64,000 nt of DNA from a virus: positions 32,001-96,000 of IMG/VR virus record IMGVR_UViG_3300002835_000050, one strand, 5' to 3'. This document shows, piece after piece, positions 22,004-32,163 of this stretch. The position numbers and the translations under genes were made by a program. Numbering within the stretch: position 1 is the stretch's first letter; every line of letters starts with the position of its first letter. A model generated the notes under the pieces. It was not told the origin of the DNA, made no database searches, and saw only the letters and a list, made by a program, of their open reading frames with translations.

Positions 22004-22195
22004 TTATTCATCTTCTTCACAACATTCACAATCTTCTATCTCTTCAATACCAAAATAGTCATCATGCCAAGTTCTAGCATCATCTTTTGTAGGTCTTTCA
22101 TAACACCCACAATACATTGATTCAGCACCAGCCATGTATGCTTCTATTAATAGTTTTTTAAGAGTTGCTTTGTTCATGTTTTTCTTGTGTTTCAA
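22004..22195 (-). CDS. Hypothetical Cys-rich small protein
   Basis: ORF in operon; more likely start MNKATL at 22177. Confidence 0.55.
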   Translation of the reverse strand: MKHKKNMNKATLKKLLIEAYMAGAESMYCGCYERPTKDDARTWHDDYFGIEEIEDCECCEEDE

Positions 22196-22589
22196 CTAAA
22201 TTTTGTATTCTTTTTCTACCCTTTTCTGCAATTGGAATAGGATTACCTTCTTCATCTATATGTACAAAAGTAATTTGTGTTTTTAATACTAAAACCTGCT
22301 TCCCTGTATATACATTGTGAGCACGGGCCTCCATATATAAAGTTACAGATGCATTACCTAATCTAGTTGGATAACCATAGATTTTAAGTAATTGACTCTC
22401 TCTTGCAGGTTTTTCAAAATTACACTTATCAATAGACACAGTAACCATTCTTGGGGTATCACATAATTGCATAGAGTATCCTGCAGCTGCAGCATCTATC
22501 CATGCTAAAAGTTTACCTCCAAATAAATTTCCATGAAAACCTAAATCAGATTTCTTAATTGGGTGTGTATTCAGCAGTTCCATCTTCAA
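22158..22589 (-). CDS. Acyl-CoA thioesterase (hotdog fold, YciA-like)
   Basis: DLGFHGNLFGGKLLAWIDAAA...VTVSID..NFEKP...TFVHIDEEGNP. Confidence 0.85.
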   Translation of the reverse strand: MKMELLNTHPIKKSDLGFHGNLFGGKLLAWIDAAAAGYSMQLCDTPRMVTVSIDKCNFEKPARESQLLKIYGYPTRLGNASVTLYMEARAHNVYTGKQVLVLKTQITFVHIDEEGNPIPIAEKGRKRIQNLVETQEKHEQSNS

Positions 22590-22923
22590 TTTCTACTAGT
22601 TTATATTTAGATAAATCTATTCCTTGTCTTGTTAATGTTGTAATATTTGCTAAAGCTGTACCGTCACCTTTTGCTAATTGTTCTCCTATGATAACAATAG
22701 CTTGCATAAAAGTTGGTGCTGTTTCAGGATCATTATCCCACATCTGTCTTTTTCTCTTATCATTAACTTGAGTCAGTGCATTAATAGCTTCTCTAATTTT
22801 AACTTTGACTTTACCTTGTTGATAAACAGTACCTTCTAATTCAAGAGCACAATTTTGTACAACCTGCATTGCAGACAGTAAAGTAACATAAGTTATTAAA
22901 TCTTGTGAGATTTCTTCAGACAT
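22555..22923 (-). CDS. Hypothetical protein
   Basis: Co-oriented ORF in tight operon. Confidence 0.6.
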   Translation of the reverse strand: MSEEISQDLITYVTLLSAMQVVQNCALELEGTVYQQGKVKVKIREAINALTQVNDKRKRQMWDNDPETAPTFMQAIVIIGEQLAKGDGTALANITTLTRQGIDLSKYKLVEIEDGTAEYTPN

Positions 22924-22925
22924 AA

Positions 22926-23312
22926 TTAATCAACTTTAATAAATTTAGTTAAGTCTGGTTTAAAGTAATTGGGACCTTTTAGAATTTTAAGATCATCTCT
23001 TAATACAGGTTTACCATCTTCTCCTAACTTACTCATATTACTTGCTTGGATTTCATCAAATACATCTTCTATAATATGTTGCATACCATGTCTTAGGATT
23101 GTACCACATAAGATATACAACTGATCTCCCAAAGCATCTGCAATTTCTATTAAAGAATTAGATTCACATCCTTCTAAGTATTCATAGTTTTCTTCAGCCA
23201 TTAACTTATATCTAAGATCATACTCATCTTTTGTTAAAGGTCTTGGATATGTACCATTATCTTGTCCAAATGCATTATGGAACTTTTCTACTGCTTCAAT
23301 TTGTTTTTTCAT
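22926..23312 (-). CDS. MazG-like/all-alpha NTP pyrophosphohydrolase
   Basis: LMAEENYEY...EIADALGDQLY...SNMSKL...KILKGPNY. Confidence 0.85.
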   Translation of the reverse strand: MKKQIEAVEKFHNAFGQDNGTYPRPLTKDEYDLRYKLMAEENYEYLEGCESNSLIEIADALGDQLYILCGTILRHGMQHIIEDVFDEIQASNMSKLGEDGKPVLRDDLKILKGPNYFKPDLTKFIKVD

Positions 23313-23614
23313 GGGCGTGTTTGTTTTAATAACTGCATTAATTGTTTGTGTAGTAACTCATTTCTTTTTGTTAAGTCTACTATCTTATTAAGATTATCTT
23401 TATTTATTAACTTTAATTTTTCAGTTTCTTTACTTAATAAACTGTTTTTATAGTTCATTTTCATAATCACTGCATCTTTTTCAGATTGTTTTAACTTAAC
23501 AGCTTCTTCTAACTCAACAATATATGCATTCTGTTTACCTAATTCAATTCTTAATGTTTGAATTAATAATTCATCTGGAACTTTTTCTAATCCTGACCAT
23601 TCTTTATCTTTCAT
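23309..23614 (-). CDS. Coiled-coil hypothetical protein
   Basis: ORF preceded by TAACTTTG promoter-like element. Confidence 0.6.
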   Translation of the reverse strand: MKDKEWSGLEKVPDELLIQTLRIELGKQNAYIVELEEAVKLKQSEKDAVIMKMNYKNSLLSKETEKLKLINKDNLNKIVDLTKRNELLHKQLMQLLKQTRP

Positions 23615-23625
23615 ATAACAAAGTT

Positions 23626-23658
23626 AAAAAAAAAGAGGTAACATATGCTACCCCTTTT
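23626..23658 (-). terminator. Intrinsic terminator
   Basis: Hairpin with a long U-tract on the - strand. Confidence 0.6.
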
Positions 23659-23669
23659 ATTAGTAAATA

Positions 23670-24878
23670 TTAAAATTCAAATGCTACATCATCATCTTCA
23701 TCTTCAACAGAAGTAAAGTCTAAATCAAAATTAGCTTCTTCCATTTCTATAACCGGTTCTATAACAGGTTGAATAAGATCTAGATTAGCTTCTTCATATT
23801 CTTCTGGTGTTGGTTCTAAGCTTGGTTGAGGATCTACTTCTTCAAAGAAGTTTTCTACTTCAGTTAGTAATATTTCTTCTTCCAAATCTTTCACAGTCTC
23901 AGCATCATGTCCAGCACAAGGAGGAACTACTGGTGCTTCAAAAGTATTACCTGCAGCATCAGTATATTGCATTACTTCATCTATCGTAATATTACGATCA
24001 ATGACCTCTTGTTCATCATTTGCAGCATATCTGATATCTTCATCTATGATATCAGCTTCCATATCAGCAATCTGATCTAACAAACTAACTTGATTAGGAT
24101 CTGAATAGACAACCGGTACAACTACCTCTTCTACTACAGGAACAACAACAACTGCTGGAGCCTGTGCAAAGTTATTAATACTAGAAATAAAGTAGTGTAA
24201 TATTCTTTGATCTTCCATCCAAGTCTTAGGATGAGAAATCTGTAAAGCTAAAGTTACATAGTTATAGAATGCCCATAAGGAACCACTCTCTTCAAATACA
24301 TGAGTAGGCTTATCCATTTGTTGTCTAATTACACTAGCTTGTTCTGTAGTAAGAATTTGATACTCAGCAAATAAAATACCAAGCATTTGAGCTTGTTTTC
24401 TTTTAGTCATTGGTACTTGTTTCATTGCTTCTTTATCACTAACTAATTGATCATAATACATTTGAGCATTAGCAATTTGATCAGTAATAGTATTCAATGT
24501 TTCTTCATCTGCAGTTCCGGTGTGTTTTCTAGACCAGTTACCCATATCTCCACAAACCATTACGGTTCCTGTTTTATTGATAAAAGCACCAACACCACAT
24601 TTAAATCTTACTTGTTTGTTATAACTGTTTGTCCAAGCAAACATCATTGATAACTCAGGATCATTATTATAGGTTAATCTATAAATTGCTTGAGCAATAT
24701 TTCCATCGGCAGTAGCTCTGTACTCCTCATCAGCAATACTAAATCCTGCATTAGTAAGAGCAGTAGCTGACATATCCATAACTGATTCATGACTAATAAC
24801 AGTATAGCTGTCCCCATGTACGGGAAGAGCTATATCTATTAAACTTGCTTTTGTGCAATCTTGAATTTTCTTTGGCAT
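23670..24878 (-). CDS. DUF932-like phage protein with a long acidic tail
   Basis: YTVISH...WTNSYNK...VMVCGDM...RKHTG...SLWAFYNYVT; C-terminal ~150 aa very D/E-rich. Confidence 0.65.
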   Translation of the reverse strand: MPKKIQDCTKASLIDIALPVHGDSYTVISHESVMDMSATALTNAGFSIADEEYRATADGNIAQAIYRLTYNNDPELSMMFAWTNSYNKQVRFKCGVGAFINKTGTVMVCGDMGNWSRKHTGTADEETLNTITDQIANAQMYYDQLVSDKEAMKQVPMTKRKQAQMLGILFAEYQILTTEQASVIRQQMDKPTHVFEESGSLWAFYNYVTLALQISHPKTWMEDQRILHYFISSINNFAQAPAVVVVPVVEEVVVPVVYSDPNQVSLLDQIADMEADIIDEDIRYAANDEQEVIDRNITIDEVMQYTDAAGNTFEAPVVPPCAGHDAETVKDLEEEILLTEVENFFEEVDPQPSLEPTPEEYEEANLDLIQPVIEPVIEMEEANFDLDFTSVEDEDDDVAFEF

Positions 24879-24879
24879 T

Positions 24880-26787
24880 TTAAAATAATTTTAATTGGTT
24901 ATTAATAGGTTCTAAAGACCTAATTTCTTTATAAATATTTTCTAAATAATATTTTTGATTGATTCTATATTCAGAAAATACTTTCTCTTCATAGTCAATC
25001 ATAATAGTTTGCATCCATTTCCCGGCCTCTACCTGGATTTCTCTGCCATCACTATTATTAGTTTTAATTATTTTAGATCCATTGTCTGATACAAAATATC
25101 TTATTGTATGTTGTAAAGGAGTATTAGTATAAGTTCCATCAACAACAGTATGCTGATGAAATGTCCAATCACCTTTAATTTTTACACCACCACAATAATC
25201 AAATATGTTTTGGTTCTCAGCTAAATAATCTTCAGGTTTAACACCTTCTACAAAGTATGCATGTATAGCTTTAGGTATAATTAAGAAACTCTTGTTTTTA
25301 TGAAGAGCTAAATCTTTATACTCAAATCTACCTTTACACTTAGATTTTCCATCTTCAGTAACAGCAATATAGTTATTAACGTCACCTAAGATTATTTTAC
25401 TATAAGTGTCATGCTCAAGCTGCAGTAATGTTTGTTTTTCCCAGCGCGCACATATCTCCATATACTTATCTACATATTCTCTTGGGATTAAAGTCTCAAG
25501 ACCATCTGTATTTTGCATAATCGGCATAGCACCCGGAATCTCTTCACAAATCATTTCATATAACATGCTTAGACATAACTGACCATTAATAGTAATTCTC
25601 ATAGTAAACTCAGGATCATATAGAAAACTATGTTCATCATTACTTAAACCATAAGTTGAATTTAAGATAATCTTATACACATAATTTCTTGGATCAGATT
25701 TAGGAATCTTTTTTCTTTCTTCAAAGAACCACTCATATAAATCACAAAAATCTTTTTGTGGTAAGTGTCCTGGTGCCCATTTATTTCTAATAGCTAGATT
25801 AGGATAGAAACTGGTAACATCAGAAGTCATAATAACCATGTCTTTATCAGATTCATAAACCTTAGAAGATCTAGCACCATGTATACCACCTAAGCCATAA
25901 TCTGTTTTCACTCCTTTGTACTGAATAGAATACTTAAATCCTCCTTTAGTCTCACCTGGATAGATGTCTACTTCATTAAACTTCTTTAAAAGATTTTGAA
26001 ATGTAGCTGTCTTAAATTCAATATAAGGTAGTATAATATCTTTTACTACAATCTTAGGCCTATGAGTTCTCATTTGCTTAAGATGGTATTTTTTAATTCC
26101 TGTCTGATTACTTAAGAAATGTAAAAATAATTCTTTAGAAATTCTAGGCTCAGAGGCAGAGAATAAATCAATGTTGTATTCTTCAGTTAAAGTTCTTCTC
26201 AAAGCAATCTGATCTTTACTAAACTTCATTATCTGTTTAGTAGACTTAACATCATTAATACAATATGTAATTATCATTGGAATTTGTGAACTCTCAATTT
26301 TAGTAGTATGGTGTATGGGCATATCAATGATATTCTTCCAATCCATAGTATACTGAATCCACTTTAATGAACTTCTCTTAGCTGGATTATCCCAGTGATT
26401 AAGTTTAAATACATCTACCTGTCTAATTTGGATATCACGGGGTCTAAACTCTAAAAATTCTCCATTGTTTTGTCTATAAATTACTTCTTGTGCTTTTCCA
26501 TAAATAAATTTAGCTACATCTTCAGCTGTCATATTTAACAGTTCATATGCATTATTTAAGATATATTGTGTTATTTGACTATCAAAGCCTAGACCATTGA
26601 AACTTACATGCCATTCATCTTGTACAATATTAGTATCAAGAAAGTTTAGGAATTCTTTTAGATCATTTCTACTTTCATGTATAACAAATACTTCTTGATG
26701 TTCAGACTTAATATCCTCAAAGCAGGCTATAAAACAGTTGGATAAGGTCTCGAAATCCATCACCCAATGTGTGCGGTCTCTATTCAT
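24880..26787 (-). CDS. polB: Family B DNA polymerase with 3'-5' exonuclease
   Basis: ExoI DFET, ExoII FNGLGFD, ExoIII YCINDV; polymerase motifs DVTSFYP, KIILNSTYG, NTDG. Confidence 0.92.
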   Translation of the reverse strand: MNRDRTHWVMDFETLSNCFIACFEDIKSEHQEVFVIHESRNDLKEFLNFLDTNIVQDEWHVSFNGLGFDSQITQYILNNAYELLNMTAEDVAKFIYGKAQEVIYRQNNGEFLEFRPRDIQIRQVDVFKLNHWDNPAKRSSLKWIQYTMDWKNIIDMPIHHTTKIESSQIPMIITYCINDVKSTKQIMKFSKDQIALRRTLTEEYNIDLFSASEPRISKELFLHFLSNQTGIKKYHLKQMRTHRPKIVVKDIILPYIEFKTATFQNLLKKFNEVDIYPGETKGGFKYSIQYKGVKTDYGLGGIHGARSSKVYESDKDMVIMTSDVTSFYPNLAIRNKWAPGHLPQKDFCDLYEWFFEERKKIPKSDPRNYVYKIILNSTYGLSNDEHSFLYDPEFTMRITINGQLCLSMLYEMICEEIPGAMPIMQNTDGLETLIPREYVDKYMEICARWEKQTLLQLEHDTYSKIILGDVNNYIAVTEDGKSKCKGRFEYKDLALHKNKSFLIIPKAIHAYFVEGVKPEDYLAENQNIFDYCGGVKIKGDWTFHQHTVVDGTYTNTPLQHTIRYFVSDNGSKIIKTNNSDGREIQVEAGKWMQTIMIDYEEKVFSEYRINQKYYLENIYKEIRSLEPINNQLKLF

Positions 26788-27244
26788 TTTTTAAATATTT
26801 AATTGCATTTTCTAAACTATGGATGTTGTCTTTAAAATTACCCAAAGCAAGATTGCAGTTATTACATAACAGTCCTCTTACTTTTCCTGTAGTATGACAA
26901 TGATCAACTGATAATAACTTATCAAGGTCTGTGTCAAGAGTTAAACAAATAGCACACCTATGACCTTGTTCTTCTAACATTTGTAAATAAATATCATGAG
27001 TAATATCAATACCATAGGTTTTATTCCATGAGTATACTTTTCTTCTCAAGATATGTTTATGTTTATTTTTTACATAAGCCTTATTAGCAATTGCCTTACA
27101 TTTATCAGGATTTTTTGCATAATAATCAAGCATATGCTTATTAGAACAGGTTTTACAATGTGAATGTAAACCATCTTTTCTACTTCTATCAGTCCTAAAA
27201 CACTCATTAGGCTGAGCAATTTTGCATTTTGTACATGTTTTCAT
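26780..27244 (-). CDS. Endonuclease VII-type HNH (free-standing homing-endonuclease-like)
   Basis: CTKC...CKTC...CAIC...VDHCHTTGKVRGLLCNNCNLALG; start MKTC at 27244 preferred. Confidence 0.85.
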   Translation of the reverse strand: MKTCTKCKIAQPNECFRTDRSRKDGLHSHCKTCSNKHMLDYYAKNPDKCKAIANKAYVKNKHKHILRRKVYSWNKTYGIDITHDIYLQMLEEQGHRCAICLTLDTDLDKLLSVDHCHTTGKVRGLLCNNCNLALGNFKDNIHSLENAIKYLKNE

Positions 27245-27302
27245 GACTATAAAAATACTAATAATTTTTATAATCACAAATAATCCATTACCCAGTGAGT
27301 TC

Positions 27303-27533
27303 TCATGGTACTTTTTTAAATAGTTCTTCAAGTATAGGATCAAGTAATTTCTTAGTATCAATCCAGATTTTTGTTTCAGAAGGCATTTTAGCCTCACAGT
27401 TATTACAGTGCTCAACTCTTTCTGAATGTGTAGGACTACAACAAGAACAAGTAATAGGAAATCTAAAATAAGTTATTAATACTGGACCTTCCTTTTTACA
27501 ATAGCGACACATTCCCCATGGTGCATTTCCCAT
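27303..27533 (-). CDS. Small Cys-rich (Zn-binding) protein
   Basis: CRYC, CSCC, HCNNC. Confidence 0.6.
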   Translation of the reverse strand: MGNAPWGMCRYCKKEGPVLITYFRFPITCSCCSPTHSERVEHCNNCEAKMPSETKIWIDTKKLLDPILEELFKKVP

Positions 27534-27575
27534 AATATTGATGTTCAGTTAAGCTGTTCCCCCATTTAGTTAAAT

Positions 27576-27603
27576 AAAAAAAGGAGCAGTTAAACCACTC
27601 CTT
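27576..27603 (-). terminator. Intrinsic terminator
   Basis: AAGGAG...CTCCTT hairpin with U-tract on the - strand. Confidence 0.55.
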
Positions 27604-27624
27604 CTTTATATAGTTGTAGTTTAA

Positions 27625-27996
27625 TTACTTTGTTTTTTCTGCAGGAACTTCTGTTCCTAAAAATTGATTATAGTCAAAAGTCTTTGCATTAATAGCAAAT
27701 AACTCTACTAAATCTTTAATAGCATCTGCATGCTCAATATAGAATTCTTGAAATACATCAACTTTATGTCTTTCTTCTTTACGGCCTTTTGCACCCATTG
27801 CTGGTTGACCATACTCATCTAACTTAGGAAGCATCTGTAAAGAAGTTCTTCTAATTTTAGAAATAATTACAAATACTTTTGTACCTGGATCAAAGATACA
27901 TTCCACATATGGACATGTTGCATCAATAGGAACCATTCTAAAAGTTTGACTTTCTTGCCATGTAGCTTGTACAAGCATCATTGTTTTTTCACTCAT
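27625..27996 (-). CDS. Hypothetical protein
   Basis: ORF with A-rich leader. Confidence 0.65.
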   Translation of the reverse strand: MSEKTMMLVQATWQESQTFRMVPIDATCPYVECIFDPGTKVFVIISKIRRTSLQMLPKLDEYGQPAMGAKGRKEERHKVDVFQEFYIEHADAIKDLVELFAINAKTFDYNQFLGTEVPAEKTK

Positions 27997-28028
27997 TTTG
28001 TTAGTTTTTTTTATAAATATAGTGCAAA

Positions 28029-28595
28029 TTAATCTAGAATTTTTATATTTTCCAAATTTGTTACTTTAATAAGTAGATTTTCTTTTACTGCATCAGGCTT
28101 TTCACATAGTTCACTAACTTCTATTAGCAAACTAACCTCTACATTTAATAAAAGAGCATAATCTCCATAGTATTTTTCAGGAAATAAATAACTATTTACA
28201 TAAACATGATTTGCACTATTATCATTAAAATAATTTAGAATTTTGCGCTTAATTTTTTCATTCATTTTACTATATCTGCCATTAATAAAATGGTCCCAAT
28301 CAGTTTTTAAATCAGAAAAATCAAATATAAATACACTTGTTGTACTATCAACTTCAATATAATCACAAAGTCTAGTATTTTTCATAAGTACATTGTTTTC
28401 AAATTGAATATACTCAGGAGAATTACTAGTATGATATACACAAACAAGTTTAGCATCCTCAGAGGAATACTTATTATCCCAGCTAACATAAGTTTCACTT
28501 GGAACTGCATAAGAACCTCTTTTAATATCTAAGAGCGGATACATAAATATCTTAGACTTTTGGAAATATTTCCGGTAAAGCGCATTTAACCCCAT
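28029..28595 (-). CDS. Hypothetical protein next to the nuclease gene
   Basis: ORF in operon. Confidence 0.65.
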   Translation of the reverse strand: MGLNALYRKYFQKSKIFMYPLLDIKRGSYAVPSETYVSWDNKYSSEDAKLVCVYHTSNSPEYIQFENNVLMKNTRLCDYIEVDSTTSVFIFDFSDLKTDWDHFINGRYSKMNEKIKRKILNYFNDNSANHVYVNSYLFPEKYYGDYALLLNVEVSLLIEVSELCEKPDAVKENLLIKVTNLENIKILD

Positions 28596-28599
28596 AATT

Positions 28600-29607
28600 T
28601 TACAATTTTACATTACCCAATGCTAGGTCATATGGAAGATCATATCTTTTGTTATTATAATGCCATGTAACTTTTTCTATTACATGATCAAAATCAATCT
28701 TCCACTTCACTAGTGTTTCTTGAGACACTTGATAAGGATAAACTTGATTGTACTTATCAATTACTATAAAAGTAACTTCAAAGTTGTAGTCCTTAAATGC
28801 TGAGAAGTAATGCTTTGCCAGCTGTATATAAATAATGGCTTGAATCCAGTATCTATAATACTCCACAGAATCAGGAAAATCTTGTATAGACTTACCCAGA
28901 GTCTTTAAATCATTTATAAAGATAGTTTTTGTATTGTGATCTATAACAACATTGTCAAGCATTCCATGATAGCCAAATGTTTGTTCACTTGGTTCGGCCT
29001 TAATAAATAACTCATTAAAAACTTCAATGGTTTTGTCATCTTCATCTTTGTCTAATTGTAACAGTGTTCTAATGTCCTGATTAGCTCTAAGCACTTCTAC
29101 AGAAATTCTGCATGCTGCTAATGTTGGCTCATCAACTACTGTTTTATCTAAACTAGCTTTGAGGAATTCAAAATAATCAATGTTTTCTTGAGTTAAGATC
29201 TTGTCAATTCTTTGTTGATCAGTTTTAAGAGCTTGGTATAAGTTAACTGTAAGAAGTTGTGTAAGTATTTCTTGAGAGTAATCAGACAAATTTAATGAAT
29301 TATTTCCTAATGTCAAGTGATATCTGAAAATATTATCAATAATTTTTTTTTGGCTATCCGTAGGGATCTTGCCAGGCATTGTTAAAAATTGTTTATCATA
29401 GTTCTCTTCCTCAAGTAACAAACAGTGCAGAACACGCCCTGCTACCAGGTGCGCGTCTGTACTGTCCTCTCTTTGGTTGAGCACATAATGATTGTAAAAC
29501 ATTACAGGGGAAAATAATAACTTATTAATCCCACTGTAACTAAAATAAAACTTTTTCTTGTAGAAAACTTCAAGTTCATCAGAACCAGTCAATATCTGGA
29601 GTGCCAT
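28600..29607 (-). CDS. PD-(D/E)xK exonuclease (RecB/phage exonuclease-like)
   Basis: FSYSGI...GRVLHC...E...GMLDN...INDLKT...YWIQAIIY. Confidence 0.8.
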   Translation of the reverse strand: MALQILTGSDELEVFYKKKFYFSYSGINKLLFSPVMFYNHYVLNQREDSTDAHLVAGRVLHCLLLEEENYDKQFLTMPGKIPTDSQKKIIDNIFRYHLTLGNNSLNLSDYSQEILTQLLTVNLYQALKTDQQRIDKILTQENIDYFEFLKASLDKTVVDEPTLAACRISVEVLRANQDIRTLLQLDKDEDDKTIEVFNELFIKAEPSEQTFGYHGMLDNVVIDHNTKTIFINDLKTLGKSIQDFPDSVEYYRYWIQAIIYIQLAKHYFSAFKDYNFEVTFIVIDKYNQVYPYQVSQETLVKWKIDFDHVIEKVTWHYNNKRYDLPYDLALGNVKL

Positions 29608-30937
29608 TTGTGTCTATTTGATTGTTATTTAATTCAGATTCGGAAATTTCAGAAACAGCTTCTGGTTCTAATACATCTGTGTCATCTTCTTCTTCCTCTT
29701 CTAAAGTTAATGAAACTTCTATGTCTTCATTATCTACTCCATAAAGTAAATGTGACACTTCTTCCTCACTGGCAACTTCAAAATTGTCTTCAGTTGCAAA
29801 CTCAGATTCTGGAATTTCTTCTGTTATGTCTTCAATAACTTCTTCAACAGTTAGAATTTCAGATACTGGGTTTACAAAATCTTCTTGTATTCCATAAGTA
29901 TAGTTACTATTAAGTTCAGCTAAAAGATCTGGAACAACAGAAATAGTTTTTACTGTAAAGAATGTGCTATCTCCTCTATTCTGGATATCTTTAGATGCAT
30001 AAGTCAATAAGATATCAAGATTATCAGAAGTAAGTTGGCCTTTATCTATTAAAGAGTTTACTACTTTATCAATGTCAGTATCAAGATAGTTTTTATCTTT
30101 ACCTAAATAACTAATTAAAGACTTAAAGTTGACATGAGTCTTAGTCTTTGAGCTACTAATATTATAAGCATACTTATAAAACAATAACTCTAGATAAATA
30201 AGACTTTCTGTATATTTAGAATTAGCCATGATTTCCATAGCAAGAACATGATTATCAGTATCAGAACTATCTAACATTTCAGAAAGATGATCAAACATTA
30301 CTTTGTCAATCTCAGTAGCATCTTCACCATTCAATACATTAATTACAGAAGATTCATCTAGTATAGTTTTATCTTGTAAAAATTTGTAAAGCTCTTGATA
30401 CTCTTCTTTGACAATCATTAAGTTTTCACTATAACCAAAAGTCTCATCTTTAATAATTGAGTGCTCACTGTTTATCATTTCTTTTAGATTATAATCAACA
30501 GCAATGAGGTCTTCAGTATAAAATTCAAGAGATGTTTCAACCTTTTCTATATCATACTCATCCATTTTTGGTTTAACCAATTCAAAAAATGCTAAAAACT
30601 CTTTAATAGGACATTTATACAACCAATTTGTACTAGTCATTTCATTAAGACTTTTCTTTGAACCAAAAAATACAGTTGCTTGATTGAAGTCTCTTACATT
30701 TTTAACATTGTGTTCAACACATACATTTTTAAACTTTACTCTAGGTACATTTACATTTGGTAAAAAGAAAATTTTATCTCCTTTAGTTGGTGTATAAGGT
30801 ATTTTATTCAAAGATAACTCATCTGAAATATCTTGTCCAAAACCTCCTACATGTAATTTAATACTAAATGATACGGTACCAATTTCATTTACATAGTCAT
30901 ATCTTGAGATTCCAGACTTTATTTGTAATATATTCAT
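29579..30937 (-). CDS. Hypothetical protein downstream of the AAA+ ATPase; acidic tail
   Basis: 452-aa ORF containing MLDSSDTDNHVLAMEI. Confidence 0.7.
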   Translation of the reverse strand: MNILQIKSGISRYDYVNEIGTVSFSIKLHVGGFGQDISDELSLNKIPYTPTKGDKIFFLPNVNVPRVKFKNVCVEHNVKNVRDFNQATVFFGSKKSLNEMTSTNWLYKCPIKEFLAFFELVKPKMDEYDIEKVETSLEFYTEDLIAVDYNLKEMINSEHSIIKDETFGYSENLMIVKEEYQELYKFLQDKTILDESSVINVLNGEDATEIDKVMFDHLSEMLDSSDTDNHVLAMEIMANSKYTESLIYLELLFYKYAYNISSSKTKTHVNFKSLISYLGKDKNYLDTDIDKVVNSLIDKGQLTSDNLDILLTYASKDIQNRGDSTFFTVKTISVVPDLLAELNSNYTYGIQEDFVNPVSEILTVEEVIEDITEEIPESEFATEDNFEVASEEEVSHLLYGVDNEDIEVSLTLEEEEEDDTDVLEPEAVSEISESELNNNQIDTNGTPDIDWF

Positions 30938-30948
30938 AATTAAAAATT

Positions 30949-30972
30949 AAAAAGGGGAGTTTTACCTCCCCT
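30949..30972 (-). terminator. Intrinsic terminator
   Basis: AGGGGAG-TTTTAC-CTCCCCT with U-tract on the - strand. Confidence 0.65.
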
Positions 30973-30982
30973 GTTAAACAAT

Positions 30983-32152
30983 TTATTGTACAGCCATTTT
31001 GACTACATTAGTATTCATCATCATTTTAGAGAACTTGTTTTTGTTTCCATTAACAATCTCTTTGACCATATAATATCTTAAGTCATTTGTAAATGCATCA
31101 CAGTCAGTAGTTAACTTAACTAATCTATTAATCATTGCATCCGGTACTGGTTTAGTATCAGCATAAGTCAATGAATAATTAATCAATCTGGTAGCAATAA
31201 CACTAGAGATATCTGCTCTAAAGTCATCATCTTTACCTACTGCACCTGTTAAAGCTCCCATAACATAAGCTTCATCTTTTGTAAAGGTATCTTCCGGAGA
31301 TATAATTCTATCTAATTTGTTATTAATAAACATAGTAAACATACTAGAGAAATCAACACCAACTGAACCTTCACCAATCATTTGGATTAACGGAAGATCA
31401 TCTTCAAACTTAGGAATAGAACTAATACCATTAAAGAAAGTAGTCACAGATCTTGGATTAACTCTTTGAGTTACAAGTTCTGGATTCATCAACATAAAGT
31501 TAATACATCTACCATCAATCTTAGCTTGTTCTGCCCATTTAGCCCATACATTTACATCATACTTCAACTCAACAGAAATAAATCTTGTTTTCTGAGCTAC
31601 ATCTAGACTAGTAACATTATAGTCACCATTGTCTGGATTAGTAGTCAAGATAACATGCCAGTTCTTTGGTAACTTCCAAGAAACATATTCTTGTCTATCT
31701 AATATTTCCATAGTTGCTTGCATAAAGCGGTGATCAGCTCTAGTATAATCATCTAATACTAAGAAACCACCTTCACCTTTACCTTGAATCCATTCCGGAG
31801 CAGCATGAGACATGCGTTTATCTACAATCTTAAAGCCTGCTTTTTGAGCTGCTTGAATCTGTGCTTCATTAATCCATTTAGTTTGCCCTTCAGCATTCTG
31901 GATTTGAAATTCTTTTACAGGAAAACCTACTAAATCACCTAATTCTTCTAACTGAGATAAATTAAGTTTTACTACTTGCATGTTTAACTCTTTACCCAAC
32001 TGCATAATAGCTGAAGTCTTACCAAGACCAGCATCACCTTCAATATTAATAGCCACAGGAACTTTTCCTTCAGTCTGGATATGTTGGTTATTCTTAACCA
32101 TGTGTTTAATAAAACTTTTTAATTCTTCTACATTTAATTGAACTTGACTCAT
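30983..32152 (-). CDS. MoxR-like AAA+ ATPase
   Basis: Walker A GDAGLGKT; DLVGFP; Walker B FLVLDDY; TTNP sensor; LDVAQKTRF; PRS. Confidence 0.85.
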   Translation of the reverse strand: MSQVQLNVEELKSFIKHMVKNNQHIQTEGKVPVAINIEGDAGLGKTSAIMQLGKELNMQVVKLNLSQLEELGDLVGFPVKEFQIQNAEGQTKWINEAQIQAAQKAGFKIVDKRMSHAAPEWIQGKGEGGFLVLDDYTRADHRFMQATMEILDRQEYVSWKLPKNWHVILTTNPDNGDYNVTSLDVAQKTRFISVELKYDVNVWAKWAEQAKIDGRCINFMLMNPELVTQRVNPRSVTTFFNGISSIPKFEDDLPLIQMIGEGSVGVDFSSMFTMFINNKLDRIISPEDTFTKDEAYVMGALTGAVGKDDDFRADISSVIATRLINYSLTYADTKPVPDAMINRLVKLTTDCDAFTNDLRYYMVKEIVNGNKNKFSKMMMNTNVVKMAVQ

Positions 32153-32163
32153 AATTCTTTTTT

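Noticed and set aside
24880-26787. Intron or intein in polB, or in the RNAP
   Set aside because: Reading frames are continuous with motifs at normal spacing; no intein C/HN signatures
28600-29607. Cas4 call for the PD-(D/E)xK nuclease
   Set aside because: Lacks the four-Cys Fe-S cluster pattern; context is recombination/replication
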